From assembly GCA_051382295.1 (NCBI GenBank), contig JBBCAW010000127.1:1-16060 (forward strand): a stretch of DNA of 16,060 nt, written 5' to 3'. Position 1 is the first letter of the stretch. Every line of letters starts with the position of its first letter. This document shows positions 9,201 through 15,908 of this stretch, piece by piece. The stretch is from Bdellovibrionota bacterium FG-1 (GTDB lineage: Bacteria > Bdellovibrionota > UBA1018). Made by a program: the position numbers and the translations under genes. The notes below the pieces were generated by a model that saw only the letters and a program-made list of their open reading frames with translations, was not told where the DNA came from and made no database searches.

Positions 9201-10262
9201 ACGGCGAAATACGAAGGCCGTTGGTTTGCCAAGGCCCCTTTTGCGGCGGTCGCGCGCGGCGCTTTCTTAGGGGCTGGTACCTATGATTCCACGCATGATC
9301 TGCTGCTTTTGACGGGCGGGCTTTACGGCGACAAGGTGGCGTTGAGTAACGTCGGAAAACTGCAGGCCGGCTCCGAGGTGCTTGAATATACTCCTCCGAA
9401 CAAACAGCACTCGGGAGGGGCGTGGCGGGTGGTGGCGCCTTGTGGCGTGGTCCCGCCTGAGCGTTTTGGGCATTCGATGCATTATGATGCGGTACAAGAC
9501 CGAGTCTTCTTAGTCGGGGGCACTAGTCCCACAGGAACTCCCTTGAGCCAAACAATTGTGGGGAGCGATAGTAAGGATCTGTCCATCCCGGACATGTGGG
9601 TGGGGAAACGCACCGGCGCCGTGGAGGATGGAACGCTTTGCTACGACTGGGAACAGGTTTCGACTTTTGGAAATGCTTTTGGTTTGAGCGGCGAAAAGAA
9701 TCCCCCTGCGGCGCTAAGTTTTGCGGCAAGCATTTATCTCCCCTCGTCGGGCTACAATACGGGGTATTATACGCTGACCGATTCGGCGTGTGCAAAGGCG
9801 GGCCCCATACTTTCGCCCGATTTTGAGGTCAATAAAACGTTGGCGGGTGGGGCCTACCTCGATATTGATCGCAGCGCTTTGGGGCCTAGCGAGAACCTTG
9901 TGCTTCATCTGAAATACATTCCTCAAGGTCCCCCGGGCCAAAAAGTCGATAAAACGGCCATGAGCGCCGTTGATGCCAGCTACTTTAAAATTCATCTCGT
10001 TAAAACAAATCAAACGCAGAGCGCTCTTCAACAAGTCCAGCAGCCTCGGTACCTCGCTTATACCTCCTTAAATCGTTATCCCCAGGTCGTGCAAACGCTC
10101 TCGGTGCTTGCGCCGGCGGATAATCAAATTCATGAGGATCAGATTGTGATTCCGTTGGCGATTGATCCTGAGATTGATCGCATTCGAATTGAACGTGTTT
10201 CAGGAAGTGCCGTCCTTCTCGAGGCCGCTGTCTATCGAATGGGCAATCGGGGGCAGCCATGA
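6273..10262 (+). CDS. Predicted lipoprotein B with about 12 Kelch-type repeats (likely double beta-propeller)
   Basis: ATG 6273 follows the upstream stop (alternative ATG 6339 with GGGAGG). Lipobox LSLALSALVG-C. Twelve hhhhGG motifs (VLMVGG, LLLFGG, LMIVGG, LLSSGG, ILYFGG, IVAWGG, FYLFGG, IFMEGG, AVMFGG, VFLFGG, LLLTGG, VFLVGG), many followed by DTW/DRW/DLY and a later W. Confidence 0.85.
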   Translation: MVALLATPSRLGGRHKTGGRACMVLSLALSALVGCTGNPRAFNKGETPTVKNILQDQLQDQAHIASSSVGVRVKFQFQDFYSLASPNRQNSCAGDARTYYDPLKLTENQAPLKFPDDALNPSTTITPSFIKNVSVDLTDANTPSTLNAALSCSLGSDPSLPPPSSCATFDYGALGGLDASLGGGVLMVGGIEGSSTLGSSLYGVSIHALPPSAATNPPNAQVPGLLKADKPISFWNDLSSTPTYAGPVQVVGAASAFSASQRKLLLFGGSIPSGTSWNSSSRDTWSLEVGTQTWSLVKTAINVDASITTVHDKANATAVFQFSKNPGARAGFGYVAAQGFALEGLAGDFDKTDRLMIVGGVTPNTINDSNAATSSTNPSLLYRFNPTYGPELVDAHNATNATLGFWVDNYHTQVMSNISKTDSQLLFGNYPLSEMGFFALRQETTKRGYLLSSGGFKLPAKTLDKTLDAPIFLEPKEVSPNRDFLAGSKDIPSDLLSVSNWLLDYLVLSPAVWHVAAPLNNMLWFGGVSAQRGFSLVDNEILYFGGTYCRGYWFSDCAAVTGATTPATGQKPTVQTNTGAYVKLGADLSGTGARTLDNGPPVAAGLASARGLDPAGKVIIVAWGGVLDDFKTALANDLYYLHNTSGSKATWVKVQAEGADLLPIAGQGQAYSNSALVFSHVTHKFYLFGGFSKESKKVLDSTWELSVSGGACTADAKTTPCKFAWKKLTAENGLTCSPQCPSARFLHRMAEVNYYNRDAAKEPDCTKSNEPCSFGIFMEGGTDMNLFLSDRWMYDPVAHYDPVGKSWVGHWQKMDELPPRVFGSMAAVDLKIASTGKTYPRAVMFGGETGMRTAGLVPMTALVAPSGVLEYFVAPTLGDTWIYDFEKESWNRAKLQGGGKVTDPINEHFPPPLSGAVMITRDFKGAKVPEVFLFGGRTKDGTFAPLSKVYKFCLGSESENPSAPYDCLDPQYVTEPTAKYEGRWFAKAPFAAVARGAFLGAGTYDSTHDLLLLTGGLYGDKVALSNVGKLQAGSEVLEYTPPNKQHSGGAWRVVAPCGVVPPERFGHSMHYDAVQDRVFLVGGTSPTGTPLSQTIVGSDSKDLSIPDMWVGKRTGAVEDGTLCYDWEQVSTFGNAFGLSGEKNPPAALSFAASIYLPSSGYNTGYYTLTDSACAKAGPILSPDFEVNKTLAGGAYLDIDRSALGPSENLVLHLKYIPQGPPGQKVDKTAMSAVDASYFKIHLVKTNQTQSALQQVQQPRYLAYTSLNRYPQVVQTLSVLAPADNQIHEDQIVIPLAIDPEIDRIRIERVSGSAVLLEAAVYRMGNRGQP

Positions 10263-10492
10263 GGTCATGGGGGACACGCGTAGAACTTTTTTACGCTGAA
10301 AAAAACTTGGGCACCCGCGTCGGCCAACCGGATTCGTCTTACTATTTACGGTCTTCGCTCGAGATTTGTCGAAAAATTGGGCAAATTCGCCGTTTTTTTG
10401 AAATTTTCAGAAAAATCCTAAGTCCCCGATACTCCTCGTTCTGCACACCTTTTGCCCGAGACTTGCAAGATAGTGCTTGGGGGTATTCTAAA

Positions 10493-12223
10493 TTGTTTTT
10501 AAGGGGGCATACACGCATTTTTCTGCTGTTACTTGCGCTGCCTGTTTTAGGCGGCTGTCTCAATAACGGTGGGACCAAGCCTTATTCAAACACCTCAGCG
10601 AAACAAGGGCTGATGGCGAGCAATCCTTTGGTCGGGGGTCAAGACGATGGCACCAACCTCTTGAAACTGCTTTATGTCGTGCGTAACTCCATGGATCCAA
10701 GTGGGACGCTGGATCTCATCGGCGATGATTCGCAGACGATGGGCCAGTTTTGTGCGGCTAACACCACGGCTGCGCAGGTGAGTGCGGGCGCCTCGAATTG
10801 CACCTGTGTTTTTGATTACATAAAAGCTGATGGCGCGCATGAGTCTTTTGAAGTGCCCACGATCTACAATGAAGCAAGTCTCTTGCGGTGCAAGTACACC
10901 CAAGTTCCTGCGGGCCTCCCTTATATGAATGTGCGGATTCACCTGACGAATGCCGATGCTTTTTCAAATACCATGAAATTCTATTTTCAGTCGGGCACGA
11001 ACTCGATTGCTGATCTGAGTAACCCCGTGAGTTTCATCCAAGCGCAGCGATATCAGTGCAAAGACCTCGTGACGATCGGACATATTTTCGATCCAACGAA
11101 TATGTATGATCCGTTTCAGTCTGCGGATCCCGCACTTTCTTTTCCGCTTAATTTTTACACCAATAACCTGGGGGGCGCGCTCGCGGCTTATGTCGGCGCC
11201 AACGTTCAAAGTTGGAATTGTCCACCCATCCCAAATGATCCTAACGAGAATATGGACCGGAGGATTTTCAGCGTCTATGCGGACAATAAAGGGAGTAAAC
11301 TAATTTATCCGCCCGAGGGCAGCGAGTTTGATCGCTCGACGTTTTATCTGGCCAAGAAGTCGGCGGGAGCTTTTGAAGTGGCGATTAATGCCTATATTGC
11401 GCCTCAGCTCGCTTCGGCCGATCCAGGCCCTGATGGTACGCAAGGGGGCACGGCACCGCCCCCTCTAGGTTATGGCGCAAAAACGGTTGTGGCCGGGTCC
11501 GGTCGGGAAGTCTGTCCTGTGGATACGGTGATTCCGCCTGGTTTTAAATGGGTCAAACTGTGGTTGTTTCGTGCGGATCTTCCCAAACGTAAGTATCGGA
11601 CCAGTGGCGTGCTGAGCGGCATGCATTCGGTGGCGTGCCAGCCAGATCCGTATTTTTTCAAGGGACCGAGCAAGGACGGGACAACAATAACAAACACGGC
11701 GGTCATCAACAGCTGTAAAGATGTAGCAGAGAGCTATCTGCTTAGAATCTTCGGGGGCCCTGAGGGAAACGCTAGTTGTCAGCCGATCACGGTGGCTAAT
11801 AATTCACTGGTCGAAGGGCAAACCTTTCATAATGCGGAGAACGCACTCGGTTTTCCCAAAGACACACTTTATAACGACGCATCGCGGAGCAGCATCGTCG
11901 ATGCGCAGCCAGGGACGGGTGACCTCGACGGCACTAATCCGCGATACGATTTTCTCTTTGTAGTCTCGCCGCCTGAGGTCATGTCCTCAGAAATGATCAA
12001 ATCCGAGTCTGCCGCACGATATACCTATACCCCTTATCGTTTTCCTATAGCTTCGGATTGTACCTCCAATGATCCCGATCAAGCGGGAAAAGGGGATTGT
12101 CTGGGGAGTAAAATTATTCACTATGAGATCAAGCTCCACGATGTTGCCGGTAACGGCGACCCGCCAGGGGATGATCCTTCACGCCAAGGAGTGTTTCCAG
12201 TATGTGCACTGCAACCTCTCTAA
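10493..12223 (+). CDS. Predicted Cys-rich lipoprotein C (about 576 aa), unknown function
   Basis: In-frame TTG 10493 after a G-rich RBS-like tract at 10479-10484 gives MFLRGHTRIFLLLLALPVLGG-C, a clean lipoprotein signal. The track start at 10259 is an alternative but adds 78 aa of intergenic-looking sequence. Confidence 0.8.
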   Translation: MFLRGHTRIFLLLLALPVLGGCLNNGGTKPYSNTSAKQGLMASNPLVGGQDDGTNLLKLLYVVRNSMDPSGTLDLIGDDSQTMGQFCAANTTAAQVSAGASNCTCVFDYIKADGAHESFEVPTIYNEASLLRCKYTQVPAGLPYMNVRIHLTNADAFSNTMKFYFQSGTNSIADLSNPVSFIQAQRYQCKDLVTIGHIFDPTNMYDPFQSADPALSFPLNFYTNNLGGALAAYVGANVQSWNCPPIPNDPNENMDRRIFSVYADNKGSKLIYPPEGSEFDRSTFYLAKKSAGAFEVAINAYIAPQLASADPGPDGTQGGTAPPPLGYGAKTVVAGSGREVCPVDTVIPPGFKWVKLWLFRADLPKRKYRTSGVLSGMHSVACQPDPYFFKGPSKDGTTITNTAVINSCKDVAESYLLRIFGGPEGNASCQPITVANNSLVEGQTFHNAENALGFPKDTLYNDASRSSIVDAQPGTGDLDGTNPRYDFLFVVSPPEVMSSEMIKSESAARYTYTPYRFPIASDCTSNDPDQAGKGDCLGSKIIHYEIKLHDVAGNGDPPGDDPSRQGVFPVCALQPL

Positions 12224-14526
12224 TTCGAATTCTATTTGTGATGGGCGCGGGCGCCTCCGTCTTTTCGGCGTGCACCAACTCGGGTGCGCCTCGAAAACCT
12301 ACGAAACCTGCCGCGAGAGCCAGCGGCACGCCGGGTTCCTCGACGGAGGCTTCGGCAAATGTGCTTACGACGGATCCGGCGCTAACCTATCGTGTTTCGT
12401 CAACGACGCTTGAAGAGGAGGATTCCAATCCCGTGCCGGCGCCCAGTTCGACAGCCAATGCGCCTGCACCGACGGTAAATATTTTCTTGAACGCAGACGC
12501 GCAGGCGTCTCCTTTTTCGTATCATTGTAACACGGTCACCGGCGCTTCCGCCGGAGGGCAGACGGCGAAACCCTGCAATTGTGAGTACACCTGGCAGGAA
12601 GTGAACCAGACGGGCGCAAAAGCCATTGCCGTTCCACGCTTGGTTCGCACGCCGGTCCTGGTTGCCCAGCCGAACCTTGTAAGTTGCAAAGCGCCGAGTA
12701 TGTATCACTCAGAAATTCCGGATGGGACCTTGATCAAGCTCGATATTCTACCGGCGCCTGGCAATGGCGACAAATTTGTGGTGAAGCCTTATACGCTGAC
12801 GAAAGCGTTGGGGGCAGTGGCGGGGGCGTTTCAAGATGAAAAGGGGAACACGTTTGATAACGTGCTTCGCTATTCTTGTTATGAGCAGTTTAAGCGGGGA
12901 ATGTCCATTCAGAGTAAAGTCGTAAAAGTTAGCGATACCGGGACCTCGGGGATGACGGCGAAAATTCCAATGGCGTCTCAGTTTTGTGTGCGCAAAGCGG
13001 GCGGGGGTGGGAGTGATTGCGAAGGTTTAGGCCAGCCTGAGAATTCGGCCCAGGCGTACTACTACAATCTGTTTATTCGAAACTCAGAGAACGGCGATAT
13101 CAATTATAATAATGGACGCTACATTTGTCCGCGTGTGCAAGAGTCCTTGGTTCAATCTGCGGTTTCTGGGACGAAGGGGACGCAAGGTCTGGCGTGGCCT
13201 TTGGACTCAAGTTTTGCCGTGTCGCTCAATCCATCTCCGGATTTTTCGGTCGGAATTGAAGCTTTCACAAAGCTAGCCTCGCTAGGGACAGACAAGGATC
13301 CGACGGCCGTAAGCTCGGGGTGCTTTAATAATTCCGCGAGCGGAGGGGGCGCGGCTTCGGGCGGCGAAACCGCGAGCGGTGGTTTTGTTAAATCGTGTTT
13401 GGGGTTTGCGGCGCCCCCCAGCGCGGCCGGGCAGTGTCCTGCGTTTAAGGATAGTTCCGGCCAAGTGCGCCGGACTTATCGGTTGCGTCGCTACGTTGCG
13501 CTTTTTCCGCCTGCCTTCGATACGGATGGCAAGCCGCTTGCGCAGGCACAATCGGTGGATACGATTTTTGTCGTGGATCGGCCCGTAAAAAACCCTGCGG
13601 ACCCCTTGAAGGAGTTTACGATGCTGGGGCCGAAGCCTTGTAACTTCGCATATTTTGATCATAAGAAGGTGACGAACGCGTCGATGGATCCCACAAACCA
13701 GGACGATACGCAGCATTATGTTGCGACCAATAGTTCCCTTTGGTTTGGCAAGAATGTCGATGGAATTGAATTGCCGAACACTTACGTGAAGGGGGCTAGC
13801 TGTCCCGCTGTGGTCCCGGTGTTGAGTGATGATCGGAGCACGTTTGCGTTGATCAGTGTTAAAAAGAACGACCAGAATGTAACATTGGATCATCTGTATG
13901 TTCGGCCCATTCGTCCTTGGGCACCTCACTACGAGGAGGACACCGATTTTCAAGCGTGTGTGCCGCTGGCGTCGCCTCTGCGAGATCCCCCGCTTCATTT
14001 TCAACAAGTGAGTCCGAAAGGAAACCTAGCTCAGGCGTGGTGCGCGGAGGCGTATCCGACACAGAACGATAATTTTGGCGAGATTGCGAAAAAAGTAACT
14101 ACGGATGCTGGCGGCAAAACAACTGTAAAATACGACAATACAATTCATCCCTATACGTCACACGGTGTGAAGAATACTGCGAAAGCTAGTGAGTGTTCAT
14201 CGACTCCTATGACGTTTCCTTCCAATGTTACAGGGCTTGAGCCTGTAGCCAAAAAAACCGATCTTTGCGATCGCACCGTCGTGGCAGGCAGTTTGGATTG
14301 GCCGAGGTTTCCGCTGCTCGCGCCGTCAGACAATGTCGAGCTCATGATGGTGATGGATTCCAGCTATCAGTGCACACTCACTTATGATGCCGGTGGCGGC
14401 AGGACTGGTAGAGGGACGCCGGCAGCGGGCTGTTGCGCAGCTGGCGTTTTGAAAAATGGGACGGCGGAGACTCCCGTCGGCGCGCACCTTGAGCCCGGCA
14501 CGGAGTGCGGCACGCCGGCGTATTGA
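12202..14526 (+). CDS. Predicted Cys-rich lipoprotein D (774 aa), paralog of lipoprotein C
   Basis: Overlaps the upstream gene by 22 nt. Signal LIRILFVMGAGASVFSA-C followed by a Pro/Ser/Thr linker. Motifs are collinear with lipoprotein C. Confidence 0.85.
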   Translation: MCTATSLIRILFVMGAGASVFSACTNSGAPRKPTKPAARASGTPGSSTEASANVLTTDPALTYRVSSTTLEEEDSNPVPAPSSTANAPAPTVNIFLNADAQASPFSYHCNTVTGASAGGQTAKPCNCEYTWQEVNQTGAKAIAVPRLVRTPVLVAQPNLVSCKAPSMYHSEIPDGTLIKLDILPAPGNGDKFVVKPYTLTKALGAVAGAFQDEKGNTFDNVLRYSCYEQFKRGMSIQSKVVKVSDTGTSGMTAKIPMASQFCVRKAGGGGSDCEGLGQPENSAQAYYYNLFIRNSENGDINYNNGRYICPRVQESLVQSAVSGTKGTQGLAWPLDSSFAVSLNPSPDFSVGIEAFTKLASLGTDKDPTAVSSGCFNNSASGGGAASGGETASGGFVKSCLGFAAPPSAAGQCPAFKDSSGQVRRTYRLRRYVALFPPAFDTDGKPLAQAQSVDTIFVVDRPVKNPADPLKEFTMLGPKPCNFAYFDHKKVTNASMDPTNQDDTQHYVATNSSLWFGKNVDGIELPNTYVKGASCPAVVPVLSDDRSTFALISVKKNDQNVTLDHLYVRPIRPWAPHYEEDTDFQACVPLASPLRDPPLHFQQVSPKGNLAQAWCAEAYPTQNDNFGEIAKKVTTDAGGKTTVKYDNTIHPYTSHGVKNTAKASECSSTPMTFPSNVTGLEPVAKKTDLCDRTVVAGSLDWPRFPLLAPSDNVELMMVMDSSYQCTLTYDAGGGRTGRGTPAAGCCAAGVLKNGTAETPVGAHLEPGTECGTPAY

Positions 14527-14564
14527 GGGTCTGTGCAGGGCCCCCGTTTTAGCGGTGTTTCGGG

Positions 14565-14640
14565 CACTTCTCAAACAGCGAAGTTAGAGGCCTACCGCCC
14601 CGACCCTTCGGCCCTTAACTTCACTCTTTCGGAAGTCGCG
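14565..14640 (+). repeat. 76-bp hairpin-doublet repeat (REPIN-like), left flank of the transposase
   Basis: 75/76 identical to 15586-15661 (C14609 vs G15630). Imperfect palindrome containing ACTTC-N9-GAAGT at 14566-14584 and 14618-14636. Confidence 0.95.
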
Positions 14641-15475
14641 CAGGAAAAAGCTCCACAGGAATTTTCTCTCGCAGCCTTGCGTCTCCCAAACACAGCGCGG
14701 CTGCAGCGAGCGCGGAAGGTGCCGGCGGGTTTTCCAAGGTATAATGGATGGCGCGGGGAGTGGTGTGGCAGATCTTTGCCAGCGGCCGGATTTGCTTCCA
14801 ACCAAAGCGGTGCGCGACGTGAATAAAGAGGGTGCGCAGAGGGCCTTTTTGACGGACTTCGCTGGCCGGGGTTTGAAGCGCGGCGGAGGTGGCTTTGAGA
14901 ATTTCTCCAATTGAATGCTCGGCCCATGCGGTGGGTTGCGCTGCGCGGGCCGGCGCGGTTCCTTCAATGGCCACCGACGGATCCCCGGATACATAGGCGT
15001 GAAAGCGGACTTGAAAATCTTTTTCCCGCTCCTTTAAAATCCGCCTCAAAGTGTCCGGGCTCACCCACGGCGTGGCGGTGGTCCGGGCGAGATCGCGGTA
15101 TGTTGACCACACCCACGCGAGGGGATCGGCGCAGAGTTCGGCGCGACAAGGATTAAGCGCCACGTATCTGATTTGCCGGCGCAAATGATGAAGGTCCGGA
15201 ATGAGCGCGGGCGGCGCAATGGGCTGCCAAAGTTTGGAAACGCCCGCGTCTTTGCTAACCGCGCCCAAGACTCCCGTAATTTTGGCGAGGTCATCACGTT
15301 CCGCTTGTTGAGGCACAATCAAGTGAAGGTGGTTCGGCATGAGGATGGCCGACAGCGCGCCCGGAAATAATTTTTTCAAAAAATTCCAAGCGCGGCACGC
15401 GGGTTCAAATTGTTTAAAGGGGTGATGGTGGGTGGTGGCGCGGACGGTCCAGTGATTCCATTTGGGTTGATTCAT
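14621..15475 (-). CDS. Y1 HUH transposase (RAYT/IS200-like) with C-terminal helical, HTH-like extension (about 284 aa)
   Basis: HWTVRA N-terminal strand, AILMPNHLHLIV (HUH motif), LWQ, IRYVALNPCRAEL...WVWSTY (catalytic Tyr and RAYT-type tail). ATG 15475 is preferred because the track start at 15505 coincides with the edge of a promoter motif. Confidence 0.9.
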   Translation of the reverse strand: MNQPKWNHWTVRATTHHHPFKQFEPACRAWNFLKKLFPGALSAILMPNHLHLIVPQQAERDDLAKITGVLGAVSKDAGVSKLWQPIAPPALIPDLHHLRRQIRYVALNPCRAELCADPLAWVWSTYRDLARTTATPWVSPDTLRRILKEREKDFQVRFHAYVSGDPSVAIEGTAPARAAQPTAWAEHSIGEILKATSAALQTPASEVRQKGPLRTLFIHVAHRFGWKQIRPLAKICHTTPRAIHYTLENPPAPSALAAAALCLGDARLREKIPVELFPARLPKE

Positions 15476-15488
15476 GGGTTTGCAGTTG

Positions 15489-15504
15489 TGCAATGAGTTT
15501 GCCA
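15489..15504 (-). promoter_or_regulatory. Putative sigma54 (-24/-12) promoter of the transposase
   Basis: Minus strand TGGCAAA-CTCA-TTGCA against consensus TGGCACG-N4-TTGCW, with exact GG/GC spacing. Predicted +1 near 15478, about 3 nt before the ATG. Confidence 0.6.
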
Positions 15505-15585
15505 ATGGGGGGTGGCGTGAATTCCGCGTGCGGGGTGCTCACAGGGTTTTGCCCGCGCGCTGCCGATGCGCCTGTGCTTCGGCGT

Positions 15586-15661
15586 CACTTCTCAAACAGC
15601 GAAGTTAGAGGCCTACCGCCCCGACCCTTGGGCCCTTAACTTCACTCTTTCGGAAGTCGCG
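15586..15661 (+). repeat. 76-bp hairpin-doublet repeat (REPIN-like), right flank of the transposase
   Basis: Direct repeat of 14565-14640 at an offset of 1021 bp, with one mismatch in the central spacer. Confidence 0.95.
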
Positions 15662-15790
15662 GCCCCGGAGAGGCATGTGGAATCCGTCCCGGCGCCTCGC
15701 CGGCGTACACGTCACCCTCGCTGCGCTGTCCGTGACCGCCGCGCGTTCAGGCGTTGATTTCACAGCGTTTTTTCTCAACAAATGTTCCGA

Positions 15791-15819
15791 TTGACTCACG
15801 ATACGCACTGCGTCATAAT
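15791..15819 (+). promoter_or_regulatory. Putative sigma70 promoter for the 15909 gene
   Basis: TTGACT-N17-CATAAT, near consensus. Confidence 0.7.
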
Positions 15820-15908
15820 TAGCACTTAGGGGAATCATAACGCGCATTTGTCTCAAGTCAGGGCTTCGTATTGTCGATGAATCTAATGAGAAGGATCGGG
15901 GGATTCGC

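Noticed and set aside
6273..10262. Galactose oxidase or sialic acid mutarotase (NanM) assignment for the Kelch protein
   Set aside because: Only the generic Kelch repeat pattern is visible. I cannot identify catalytic residues, and the architecture differs.
10452..10467. Sigma54-like promoter TTGCCCG-AGAC-TTGCA upstream of lipoprotein C
   Set aside because: The position fits, but the near-invariant GG at -24 is TG, which is too weak to call.
10259..10492. 78-aa N-terminal extension of lipoprotein C from ATG 10259 (ATGA overlap)
   Set aside because: It would bury the lipoprotein signal about 80 aa deep, and the DNA has A/T runs typical of intergenic sequence. TTG 10493 fits better, though the longer start is not excluded.
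334..14574. Numerous antisense and alternate-frame ORFs inside the long genes (e.g. 1204-1791, 2153-2728, 13282-14007)
   Set aside because: Shadow ORFs of long, fairly GC-rich coding sequences, with no recognisable motifs.
14565..14640. Integron attC site interpretation of the palindromic repeats
   Set aside because: The GTT and AAC cores are in the reverse order to attC (GTT 5', AAC 3' on both strands), and no tyrosine integrase is present in the window.
14621..15475. IS605/IS200 element with TnpB
   Set aside because: No tnpB gene is adjacent, the protein has RAYT-type NP...W-x-WS and C-terminal features, and the flanks are near-identical direct repeats.
14565..15661. CRISPR array
   Set aside because: Only two near-identical 76-bp copies about 1 kb apart, with no spacer periodicity and no cas genes.
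14533..15757. Short ORFs 14533-14826 and 15566-15757 sharing SQTAKLEAYRPDP, and minus ORFs sharing DFRKSEVKG
   Set aside because: The shared peptide is only the translation of the DNA repeat. The ORFs overlap the transposase or regulatory DNA and diverge outside the repeat.
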